In this document: positions 12,263-20,300 of the stretch, in pieces | Numbering within the stretch: the stretch's first letter is position 1 | How the letters are laid out: the number at the start of each line of letters is the position of its first letter | From: Planctomycetota bacterium | Lineage (GTDB): Bacteria > Planctomycetota > UBA1135 > UBA2386 | Length of the DNA: 64,000 nt | Assembly (NCBI GenBank): GCA_046290465.1 | Contig: JBKAGP010000001.1 | Coordinates: 2,272,001 to 2,336,000, forward strand | Direction: 5' to 3' | Notes under the pieces: model-generated | Databases searched by the model: none | What the model was told of the DNA's origin: nothing | Seen by the model: only the letters and a program-made list of their open reading frames with translations | Made by a program: the position numbers and the translations under genes

Positions 12263-12897
12263 GCCGACGCGAGGTGCACACCGGCTGCGCGTTGCAGTGG
12301 CTGCGCGAGCACCCGCTGCCCGCCGGGGCCGGGATCGTCACCTCGCTGCCGAACTTCGACGAGTTCTCCAACCGCGACGTCGACCGCTGGCGGAGCTGGT
12401 TCGTCGACGCCGCCGAGCTGGTGCTGCGCAGCACGCCGGATGCCTCGGCCTGCGTGTTCTTCCAGACGGACGTCAAGCACGACGGCGTGTGGATCGACAA
12501 GTCGTTCCTGGTGCAGGTCGCGGCCGAACGCGCCGGTGTGGCGCTGGTCTGGCACAAGGTCGCGCTGCGCGCGCCGGTCGGCACGACCACCAACCTGCGC
12601 CCGGCCTTCGCCCACCTGCTGTGCTTCTCACGCGAGCTGCGGCACACCCGCGAGAACGCCACCGCCGACGTACTGGCGCGCCTCGGTGACCAGGACTGGC
12701 CACGCGCGATGGGCCGCGACGTCGCCGACGTGGCCGTTCGCTGGCTGCGCGACCACGCCAGAGCCGACACGATCGTCGCGCCGTTCTGCGGCACCGGCAC
12801 CGCCCTCGACGCCGCCAACGCCCTCGACCTCGCCGCCATCGGCATCGAACGCAACCCCGGCCGCGCCCACCGAGCCAGCCACGACCAGCCCCGCTGA
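12259..12897 (+). CDS. SAM-dependent methyltransferase of the beta-class N4/N6 DNA MTase-like fold
   Basis: GTG overlaps the upstream TGA. N-terminal motif-IV-like IVTSLP and C-terminal motif-I-like APFCGTGTAL...IGIE. Confidence 0.7.
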   Translation: MSRREVHTGCALQWLREHPLPAGAGIVTSLPNFDEFSNRDVDRWRSWFVDAAELVLRSTPDASACVFFQTDVKHDGVWIDKSFLVQVAAERAGVALVWHKVALRAPVGTTTNLRPAFAHLLCFSRELRHTRENATADVLARLGDQDWPRAMGRDVADVAVRWLRDHARADTIVAPFCGTGTALDAANALDLAAIGIERNPGRAHRASHDQPR

Positions 12898-12963
12898 CCC
12901 CCGGTCCGCAAGCGTTGCTCGCGGTCCGGGAGCAGAACTTGCGTACCGGGTCGTGCTGGCCGG

Positions 12964-13929
12964 TCAGAAGCGGAAGAGGCCGCCGAAGGTCCAGCCCTGC
13001 ACGTTCTCGCCGTAGAGGAACGAGACGTTGAGGCCGACGCGGTGCAGCACCGGCACCAGCTCCGAACAGTCCCACAGCGCGCCGACGCCGACCTGGAAGT
13101 AGTCGTCGAAGCCGAGCAGCTCTTCGCCGTCGCGGAGGAAGCGCTTGTAGCCGAGCGAGCCGGTCCAGCGCAGCTCGCGGTCGAACAGGTCCACGTGCAT
13201 CGGCCCCTCGGCGTCGGCGCGCAGCGACAGCCAGCCCTGGTCCTCCTGGTCCGCCTCGGCCGGATCGTCGGTCTGCAGCGAGCGAACGTGCCGGTAGTCG
13301 AGGCGCGCCTTGCCGACGAGTTCGACCTCGCCGAGGTGGTAAGTCGGCGACTCGGCGCCGATCGCCGCGCCGTAGCTGAACCAGGTCGAGTCCCAGTTGA
13401 ACAGGATGCCGTCGGTGACCGCACGCGTGCTCGCGGCGCCGGGACCGCCGTAGTCGGTGTCGTTGTCGACGTGGGCCAGGCCCGCGAGCACCAGCGGCGT
13501 GATCCGCCAGCCGTCGGCCTCGAACACCGGGCCCACCCCAGCGACCCCGCCGATCGCCTCGTAGACGCTGGTCACGCGCGTCGCGATCGACGGCGCGCTG
13601 CCGCGGTAGATGTCGTCGACGTCGAAGCGCGCCCGCACGTAGCCGAGGTCGCCCTCGAAGCGCAGCTGCGGCAACCCGGCGCCGAGATCGAAGTCGCGCC
13701 GCAGCGGCAGCGTCGTGACCGTGAAGCTGGTGTCCGGATCCCCGTCGAGCCGGAACCGCGCGCCCGACAGCTGCGCCTCCTCGGCCAGCCCCAGGAACGC
13801 GGTCAAGAACGCACCGTAGCGAACGCCGCGCACCTGTTCGCGCAGGTCGTCACGGATCTCGCTGGTCGACTGCGCCACCACGCCGACGCCCAGCGTGAGG
13901 CAGCACGCGATCGATCGGATTCCCGGCAT
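12964..13929 (-). CDS. Outer-membrane beta-barrel (solitary autotransporter-barrel-like)
   Basis: Signal peptide MPGIRSIACCLTLGVGVVAQ, alternating amphipathic strands and C-terminal GENVQGWTFGGLFRF (BAM-type terminal Phe). Confidence 0.7.
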   Translation of the reverse strand: MPGIRSIACCLTLGVGVVAQSTSEIRDDLREQVRGVRYGAFLTAFLGLAEEAQLSGARFRLDGDPDTSFTVTTLPLRRDFDLGAGLPQLRFEGDLGYVRARFDVDDIYRGSAPSIATRVTSVYEAIGGVAGVGPVFEADGWRITPLVLAGLAHVDNDTDYGGPGAASTRAVTDGILFNWDSTWFSYGAAIGAESPTYHLGEVELVGKARLDYRHVRSLQTDDPAEADQEDQGWLSLRADAEGPMHVDLFDRELRWTGSLGYKRFLRDGEELLGFDDYFQVGVGALWDCSELVPVLHRVGLNVSFLYGENVQGWTFGGLFRF

Positions 13930-14126
13930 CGGGGGGCACTGTAGCCCGACTGCGGGCCACCGACTACGGCGACACCGCAACCGGTGGCGCCCGAAGCCCG
14001 TAGGCATTTTCAGTGATTCCCCCGATGGGAGTGCCGGGCAGCGATCCATAGGGTCATCCGTGCATCGCTCACGAGCGTTGTCGCACCGATGCACTGGCCG
14101 CCTTCGACCACGAATCTGCCGCCCCA

Positions 14127-14171
14127 CGACCCGCGCGTCGCCGACCCGCGCCTCGCCGACCCGCGCCTCGC
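14127..14171. repeat. 3 x 15-bp tandem repeat CGACCCGCGC(G/C)TCGC in a divergent intergenic region
   Basis: Directly visible. Confidence 0.9.
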
Positions 14172-14261
14172 CGGCCGCCTTGCACACCGGCCTGCGGGAC
14201 GGTGTGGATCCGTTCGTCGGGAAACCCCTGATCCAGGCCCGCGATCGGTGCCTACCATGCA

Positions 14262-15557
14262 ATGACGCCGGCATTGGCGAACCCGATCTCCATGGCGTCC
14301 CCGCTCGACCTGCTGTCCGAACTCAAGCTGCTGCCGCTACGTCGCGCCGAGGACGGATCGCTGGCGCCGATCGGGCCGGTGCCAGCAGCGCTGCGGCAGC
14401 GCTTCCCGGCGCTCGACGCGGACGACGTCGACTACGTGCAGGTGTTTCCGCTGCTGGCGACGTTCCTGCTCGACGCCGACGACCTGTGGGCGCGCGGCGA
14501 GGGCCCCCCGACGCGCTCGGGGCCGTGCACGCAGCCCGACGCACACGGCCGCCCGACCGTGCTCGAGGCGACCGCGCTGCTGGTCGGCCCGGACCGCGAA
14601 CCGTTCCTGCTGATCGAACTGCTCGGCGCTGAGTTCGCCGAGCTGCAGGAGATCCTGCAGCACTCGCGCGACCAGCGGCTCGAGTACGAGAACCTGACCC
14701 GCATGCACGCGGCGCTGTCCGAGTCGAGCCGCCGCCTCGAACGCATGGCGGCCGAACGGCAGTCCGCGATCGACCTGCTGCGCGAAGCGCGCCAACAGCT
14801 CGAGCAACGCGTCGCCGAACGCACCGTCGAGCTGCGCGAGGCCAACCAGCGGCTCGCCGCCGAGAGCGCCGAGCGCGAGCACGCCAACCGCGAGCTGCGC
14901 GAGCATCAGCAGGAGCTGTCGCACCTCGCCGAGCAGCTGTCGGCCGCAGAGGAGCGCGAACGGCGCCAGATCGCCGAGTTCCTGCACGACCGCATCGGCC
15001 AGAACCTGGCGCTGGTCAAGCTGCGGCTGCGCGCGATGGCGCGCAACCACGCCGACGCGCAGCACGAGCTGGCGCCGGTCGACGCGCTGATGGACGAGAT
15101 CATCAGCGACACGCGCGGGCTGACCGCCGACCTCGGCACGCCGCTGCTCTACGAGCTCGGCCTGTCCGAGGCGCTGCAGAGCCTGACGCGACGATTCGAG
15201 GAGATCCACGGCATCCCGGCGCGGCTCGAGGACGACGAGCGCGACAAGCCGCTCGACGAGAACGCCCGCGGCGTGCTCTACCAGGCCGTTCGCGAGCTGC
15301 TGCACAACATCGTCAAGCACGCCGAGGCGGAGCAGGTGATCGTGCGCCTGCGTCGCGACGGCAACACGCTCGCCGTCGAGGTCGTCGACCGCGGCCGCGG
15401 CTTCGACAGCCGCGACTTCGACTTCCGCGTCACGACCAGCGGCGGCTTCGGCCTGTTCAACATCCGCGAACGGCTGCAGCACCTCGGCGGTTCGTGCACG
15501 GTCCGATCGACACCAGGGGAGGGCACCGAAGTCTCGCTGACGGTGCCGCTCGCCTGA
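14262..15557 (+). CDS. Cytoplasmic sensor histidine kinase, HisKA_3 (NarX/UhpB-like)
   Basis: EERERRQIAEFLHDRIGQ H-box, ELLHNIVKHAEA N-box, DRGRGFD and GGFGLFNIRERL. No TM segment. Confidence 0.93.
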   Translation: MTPALANPISMASPLDLLSELKLLPLRRAEDGSLAPIGPVPAALRQRFPALDADDVDYVQVFPLLATFLLDADDLWARGEGPPTRSGPCTQPDAHGRPTVLEATALLVGPDREPFLLIELLGAEFAELQEILQHSRDQRLEYENLTRMHAALSESSRRLERMAAERQSAIDLLREARQQLEQRVAERTVELREANQRLAAESAEREHANRELREHQQELSHLAEQLSAAEERERRQIAEFLHDRIGQNLALVKLRLRAMARNHADAQHELAPVDALMDEIISDTRGLTADLGTPLLYELGLSEALQSLTRRFEEIHGIPARLEDDERDKPLDENARGVLYQAVRELLHNIVKHAEAEQVIVRLRRDGNTLAVEVVDRGRGFDSRDFDFRVTTSGGFGLFNIRERLQHLGGSCTVRSTPGEGTEVSLTVPLA

Positions 15558-15580
15558 ACCAACCAACCAGACCCGAAACC

Positions 15581-16225
15581 ATGAAGATCCTGCTCGCAGA
15601 CGATCACGCCATCATCCGTGATGGCCTCGCCAACATGCTGCGCCAGATCGACCACGAGATCGTCGGCGAAGCCACCGACGGCCGCGCTGCGGTCCAGCTC
15701 GCGCTCGAACTGCAACCCGACATCGTCGTGATGGACATCGGCATGCCCGGCATGAACGGCATCGAGGCCACCCGACAACTGATCGAGCACGACGCCAAGG
15801 TCGCGGTGATCGCACTGTCGATGCACTCGGACGCGACCTACGTCGGACGCATGCTGCAGGCGGGAGCGCGCGGCTACCTGCTCAAGGAGAGCGCGTTCGA
15901 CGAACTCGAGGAGGCCATCGACAACGTGCTCAAGGGCCGCATCTTCCTCGGCAGCAAGATCCAGGGGGTCGTGGTCGGCGACTACGTCGACCGCCTCGGC
16001 GGCAAGCGGCCGAGCTCGCCGGTCACGCTCACCAACAAGGAGCGCGAGGTGCTGCAGCTGGTCGCCGAGGGCAAGTCGACCAAGGAGATCGCGCAGGCGC
16101 TGTCGATCACCGTCAAGACCGTCGAGACCCACCGGCACAACATCATGAACCGGCTCGACATCCGCTCGATCGCGCAGCTGACCAAGTACGCGATCCGGCA
16201 GGGACTCACGTCGCTCGACTCGTAA
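15581..16225 (+). CDS. NarL/FixJ family response regulator
   Basis: MKILLADDH, VVMDIGMPGMNG, GYLLK and LuxR HTH LTNKEREVLQLVAEGKSTKEIA...TVETHRHNIM. Confidence 0.96.
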   Translation: MKILLADDHAIIRDGLANMLRQIDHEIVGEATDGRAAVQLALELQPDIVVMDIGMPGMNGIEATRQLIEHDAKVAVIALSMHSDATYVGRMLQAGARGYLLKESAFDELEEAIDNVLKGRIFLGSKIQGVVVGDYVDRLGGKRPSSPVTLTNKEREVLQLVAEGKSTKEIAQALSITVKTVETHRHNIMNRLDIRSIAQLTKYAIRQGLTSLDS

Positions 16226-16269
16226 CCCCGCCCGGCTACGCTGGCTCTTCGAGGCATGATCCAACCGAG

Positions 16270-16764
16270 ATGATCAAACACAAGGTGGCGATGATCGGCG
16301 CGTTCGCGGTTGGCAAGACCAGCCTCGTGCAGCGCTTCGTCACCGGGATCTTCTCGGAGCGCTACCAGACCACCATCGGCGTGCGCATCGACCAGCGCCA
16401 GGTCACGGTCGACGGCCGCGACGTGTTGATGATGCTGTGGGACCTGCAGGGCGAGGACGACGTGCACAGCGTGCCGTTCCAGCACCTGCGCGGCAGCACC
16501 GGCTTCTTCGTGGTCGCCGACGGCACCCGCCCGGAGACGCTCGACACGGCGCTGCGGCTGCGCCAGCAGGCGCTCGATCGGCTTGGCGAAGTGCCGTCGC
16601 TGCTGCTGCTCAACAAGGCAGACCTCGACGACCAGTGGCAGCTGCCCGAACCTCGCCTCGACGAACTGCGCCGAGACGGCCTTGCCATCGTGCACACGAG
16701 CGCGAAGCGCGGCGACCAGGTCGCCGAGGCCTTCGACGACCTCGCGCGCGCGATGCTCACCTGA
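16270..16764 (+). CDS. Stand-alone Ras-superfamily (Rab-like) small GTPase
   Basis: G1 GAFAVGKTS, G2 YQTTIG, G3 LWDLQG, G4 NKAD, G5 TSAK; 164 aa. Confidence 0.93.
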   Translation: MIKHKVAMIGAFAVGKTSLVQRFVTGIFSERYQTTIGVRIDQRQVTVDGRDVLMMLWDLQGEDDVHSVPFQHLRGSTGFFVVADGTRPETLDTALRLRQQALDRLGEVPSLLLLNKADLDDQWQLPEPRLDELRRDGLAIVHTSAKRGDQVAEAFDDLARAMLT

Positions 16765-16774
16765 ACGAACCCGC

Positions 16775-16783
16775 TGCTATCCT
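16775..16783 (+). promoter_or_regulatory. Candidate extended -10 element (TGCTATCCT) upstream of 16895
   Basis: TGnTAnnnT match in the 130-bp intergenic gap. Confidence 0.3.
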
Positions 16784-16894
16784 CGGCTGCACATCCGAAG
16801 ACAGCTGGCCACCCCCCGAACGCGCCCGCACGAGCCCCCACCCACAGAACGACACCAGCAGGCAGCCGCGACGCCGGCGCCCGCTCCAGCCCGA

Positions 16895-17245
16895 ATGACC
16901 GAGAACCACCACAGGAACGGCTCCGCGACCGCCAACGACCCGGCCGCAGACCTCGCGCGCGTGCGCGACATCCTGTTCGGCCCCGAACAGCGCCGGACCA
17001 ACGACGAGATCGCGACGCTGCGCAGCGAGGCCGAGTCGATGCGACTCGACTTCGAGAAGCGGCTCGAGGCGGTGCGCGCCGACGCCGAACGCGAGCGCCA
17101 GCAGCTTCGCCACGAACTCGAGCAGCAGCTCGAACGCATGAAGGACGGCAAGCTCGACCGCGAGGCGCTCGCCGAGATGTTCGGCAACATGGTGTCGCGC
17201 CTGGTCCCGGCGAGCGCAGACAAGGCCGACGGGTCGCGCCGTTGA
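16895..17245 (+). CDS. Small coiled-coil protein (116 aa) of the GTPase-associated module
   Basis: MTENHH...LARVRDILFGPEQRR...KLDREALAEMF. This is the C-terminal part of track ORF 16583-17245, and its stop overlaps the next start. Confidence 0.75.
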   Translation: MTENHHRNGSATANDPAADLARVRDILFGPEQRRTNDEIATLRSEAESMRLDFEKRLEAVRADAERERQQLRHELEQQLERMKDGKLDREALAEMFGNMVSRLVPASADKADGSRR

Positions 17246-18954
17246 CGGCGACCGACGACAGCGCCGCGGCCGGGGGCCGCACGCCGCTCGCGCAGCAGGA
17301 GCTCGACGAGCTGTGCCGGATCCTGATCGGCGCCGACCGCGACCGGCTGCGTGAGGCGATCGAGCGCCTGCAACAGCGCGGCCGATTCGTCGACTGGCAG
17401 AGCAAGACGCTCGCCGACGCGATGCAGCTGGCGCTGGCGCGGGACCCGGAGTTCGCCGAGTCGATGGGCACGATGATCAGCAAGGGCGTGCACACGACCG
17501 TCGAGCGCGACAGCGCCGCGTTCGGCCGCGCGCTGGCGCCGGCGATGGGGCCGGCGATCCGCAACGCGGTGTGGATGATGCTGCAGGGCTTCGTGCAGTC
17601 GATCGAGGCCGTCGTCGACCAGCAGCTGTCGTGGCGCAGCGTCAACTGGCGTATCGAGGCGTGGCGCACCGGCCGCTCGTTCGCCGAGATCGCGTTCGTG
17701 CACACGCTGCTGTTCCGCGTCGAGCACGTGTTCCTGCTGCATCGCGACAATGGTCTGCAGCTGCTGCACGCGACCCGCCACGGCGTGCTCGCGCGGCAGC
17801 CGGATCTGATCGCGGCGATGCTGACCGCGATCCAGGACTTCCTGCGCGACGCGTTCGACTCCCCGGAGACCGACACGGCGACCAGCTTCTCGATCAACGA
17901 GCTGTCGGTCCTGGTCGAGAACGGCAACCACGCGGCGCTGGCGGCCGTGGTGCGTGGCCAGCCGCGCGCCGAGATCCGCATGCAGTTGCGCGAGGCGATC
18001 GACCGGATCGAGACCAGCATGGCGGCCCCGCTGGCGGACTTCGACGGCGACACCGCGCCGTTCGAGGCGGTCCGGCCGCAGGTCGAGGCGTGCCTGACCG
18101 AGTCCGCCCGCGGCCGCGACGAGGGCCGCAAGAAGCAGCGCCGGCGCGGCTCCCCGGTCGTGCGATTCGCGCTGGCGACGATGGCCGTCGGCCTGATCAC
18201 CTGGTGGGTGATCGCGTCGGTGGCGGCCTCGGCGCAGCTCGAACGCTTCGATCGCTTCGTCGCCGCCCTGCAACGAGAACCAGGGTTCGCGATCACGCAC
18301 AGCGAACGCAGCAGCGAGGCCGTGGTCGTGCACGGCCTGCGCGATCCGCTGGCGCGCAGCTTCGAGGCGGTCGCGGCCGAACACAGCGTCTCGACGCTGG
18401 CGACCGGCCACCTGCAGCCCTACCACTCGCTGCACGAACCGTTCGTGGCGCGCCGCGTGCAGCAGGCGCTGCTGCCACCGGACGGCGTCACGGTCGCGCT
18501 GCAGGACGGCCGCCTGACCGTGACCGGCGCGGCCCCGCACGCGTGGCTCGCGCAGGTCCGGGTCGTGGCGGCGGCGATCGACGGCGTCGCGGCGATCGAC
18601 GTGTCGGCCTGCACCGACCTGGACGTGCTCGCCTTCGAACGCGCCGCGGCCGCGCTGCACGACCTCGACCCGACGCTCGAGCAGCTGCGCGAACGCGACG
18701 GCGACGCGCGCGCCGAGCTGGCCACGGCCGTGCGCCGGCTGAGCGATCTCGGCCACCGCGCCGATCGCCGCTGGGCCCTGCACGCCGACTTCGTCTGGTG
18801 GTCGGCCGACGACCAGAACGCGTCGGCCCAGGAGGCGCGTGCGCTGGTCGGCGAACTGTCGCGCCAGCTCGGCCGGACGGTCTCGCTGCAGGGCTACCGC
18901 AACGACCAGTCGGTGCCCAACGCGACGCTGCGGTTCACCGCAGCGACGCGCTGA
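17242..18954 (+). CDS. Bitopic membrane protein with a cytoplasmic conserved domain and periplasmic BON-like region (related to GTPase-associated OmpA-type proteins)
   Basis: WRIEAWRTGRSFAEI...FRVEHVFLLHRDNGL...AMLTAIQDFLRDAF, one TM segment, then GLRDPLA...YHSL...LLPPDGV...LTVTGAAPHAW. Confidence 0.75.
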   Translation: MTATDDSAAAGGRTPLAQQELDELCRILIGADRDRLREAIERLQQRGRFVDWQSKTLADAMQLALARDPEFAESMGTMISKGVHTTVERDSAAFGRALAPAMGPAIRNAVWMMLQGFVQSIEAVVDQQLSWRSVNWRIEAWRTGRSFAEIAFVHTLLFRVEHVFLLHRDNGLQLLHATRHGVLARQPDLIAAMLTAIQDFLRDAFDSPETDTATSFSINELSVLVENGNHAALAAVVRGQPRAEIRMQLREAIDRIETSMAAPLADFDGDTAPFEAVRPQVEACLTESARGRDEGRKKQRRRGSPVVRFALATMAVGLITWWVIASVAASAQLERFDRFVAALQREPGFAITHSERSSEAVVVHGLRDPLARSFEAVAAEHSVSTLATGHLQPYHSLHEPFVARRVQQALLPPDGVTVALQDGRLTVTGAAPHAWLAQVRVVAAAIDGVAAIDVSACTDLDVLAFERAAAALHDLDPTLEQLRERDGDARAELATAVRRLSDLGHRADRRWALHADFVWWSADDQNASAQEARALVGELSRQLGRTVSLQGYRNDQSVPNATLRFTAATR

Positions 18955-18963
18955 GCATCCATT

Positions 18964-19030
18964 CCGTTACTGGCAGTCCGCTGCTGGCAGTCCGTTACTG
19001 GCAACCCGTTACTGGCAACCCGTTATTGGC
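18964..19030. repeat. About 5 x 14-bp tandem repeat CCGTTACTGGCA(GT/AC) between convergent genes; the last unit contains the stop codon of 19023-20129
   Basis: Units start at 18964, 18978, 18992, 19006 and 19020. Confidence 0.9.
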
Positions 19031-20129
19031 CCACGACCGTGCGCGCCGGTTCGGACGCCGCATCGGTCGGGTTGAGGGTCACGTAGGCGAAGTCCAGCTC
19101 GAGTCCGAGCAGGCCGGCGGGCACCGGGATCTGCGTGTCGAACGTCGCATACGCGTTGCCGTCGCCGTTGAGGGTGCCGAGGAAGCCCGGCAGCGCGGCC
19201 GAGCCCAGCTGGGACACGATCAGGCCCGAGAAGCCGTCGAAGTTGAGCGGCAGCACCACCGAGCCGAGCACCGTGCCCGGCGCGGTGCCGCTCAACGAAC
19301 CGACGACCGCGTACGGCCGGTTGGCCAGCGCTGCGCCGCCGGCGAGCCGCAGGTCGAGCACCGAGCGCTGCTGGATCGGCATGCGCGGCAGGTCGACGGT
19401 CAGGCCGTGCTCGGCGACGCGTTCGCGCACGGTGAAGTTGTCGAAGTAGAACTGGTCGTCGCCCGAGTTCCAGGCGTCGATCTGCGTGAAGCCGTGGTCG
19501 GGGCCGTTGAACATCACGCCGATCGGCGTGCCGGTCGCGACCAGCACGCCGTCGAGGTGGATCTCGGTTCGGTTGCCGAAGATGTCGACCACCGTGCGCG
19601 CGTGGTGCCAGACGTCCTTCTGCACGTAGGTGTTGGTCTGCACCAGCGTGCGCGCCGGCGTGTCGAAGTACTCGATGCGCCCGTCGGCGGCGATCCACCA
19701 GCGCAGGTAGCAGGTCTGCGGGTTGGGGTACGGCTGCGAGTAGATCTCCCACTCGCTCGGGTTCGGCGACGACGTGATCAGGAAGTCGAGTTCGATCTCG
19801 AGCACGCCGGTCGTCAGGCTGAACAGGTCGTTGCGGCGCAGTTCGGCGAACGTGCCGGGCGACAACTGCGACGCGTCGAAGCAGACCGCCTGCGTGCCGC
19901 TGCGCACGACGCCGGTCTGCACGGTCGCCGCCGCGAGGTTGGCCGGGTAGGCGGACTCGATCAGCAGCCAGCCGTCCTGGCCGCTCCACAGGTCCTGACC
20001 CGGCAGGTTGCCGAGCTGGTAGCGGTGCGGTTCGAACGACTCGGTCGAGGACTGCGCGACGGAGACGGCGGCGAAGGACAGCGCGGCGAGCGCGCACGGA
20101 GCGAAGCGATGGAGCATGCGAACGGTCAT
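19023..20129 (-). CDS. Secreted protein, concanavalin/LamG-like N-terminal domain plus C-terminal domain
   Basis: Signal peptide (ALAALSFAAVSVAQ), beta-sandwich-like WHHARTVVD...IHLDG...FYFDNF and a C-terminal LPLNFD...GNAYATF...IPVPAGLLG segment. Confidence 0.65.
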   Translation of the reverse strand: MTVRMLHRFAPCALAALSFAAVSVAQSSTESFEPHRYQLGNLPGQDLWSGQDGWLLIESAYPANLAAATVQTGVVRSGTQAVCFDASQLSPGTFAELRRNDLFSLTTGVLEIELDFLITSSPNPSEWEIYSQPYPNPQTCYLRWWIAADGRIEYFDTPARTLVQTNTYVQKDVWHHARTVVDIFGNRTEIHLDGVLVATGTPIGVMFNGPDHGFTQIDAWNSGDDQFYFDNFTVRERVAEHGLTVDLPRMPIQQRSVLDLRLAGGAALANRPYAVVGSLSGTAPGTVLGSVVLPLNFDGFSGLIVSQLGSAALPGFLGTLNGDGNAYATFDTQIPVPAGLLGLELDFAYVTLNPTDAASEPARTVVGQ

Positions 20130-20300
20130 GGAGGTTCGGAAACGGAGTTGCCGGATGCGGGGGCGACTGCCGGTTGCCCTGCCGCGGGGGCGCTGTTTCA
20201 ACGTGCTGCCGGTTTTTTGCGCGCCCGACGAAACAGCACGGTCGTCGCGGAGCAATCGCCGTGACCGCGCCCCCCACGCGAACTACTCCGAGGATCGGCC

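Noticed and set aside
12898..12930. Intrinsic terminator between convergent genes
   Set aside because: The imperfect GC hairpin has no U-tract on either strand, so it cannot be supported.
18964..19030. CRISPR array (also considered for 14127-14171, 27968-28173 and 52092-52151)
   Set aside because: The units are contiguous or coding-derived with no unique spacers, and no cas genes are present.
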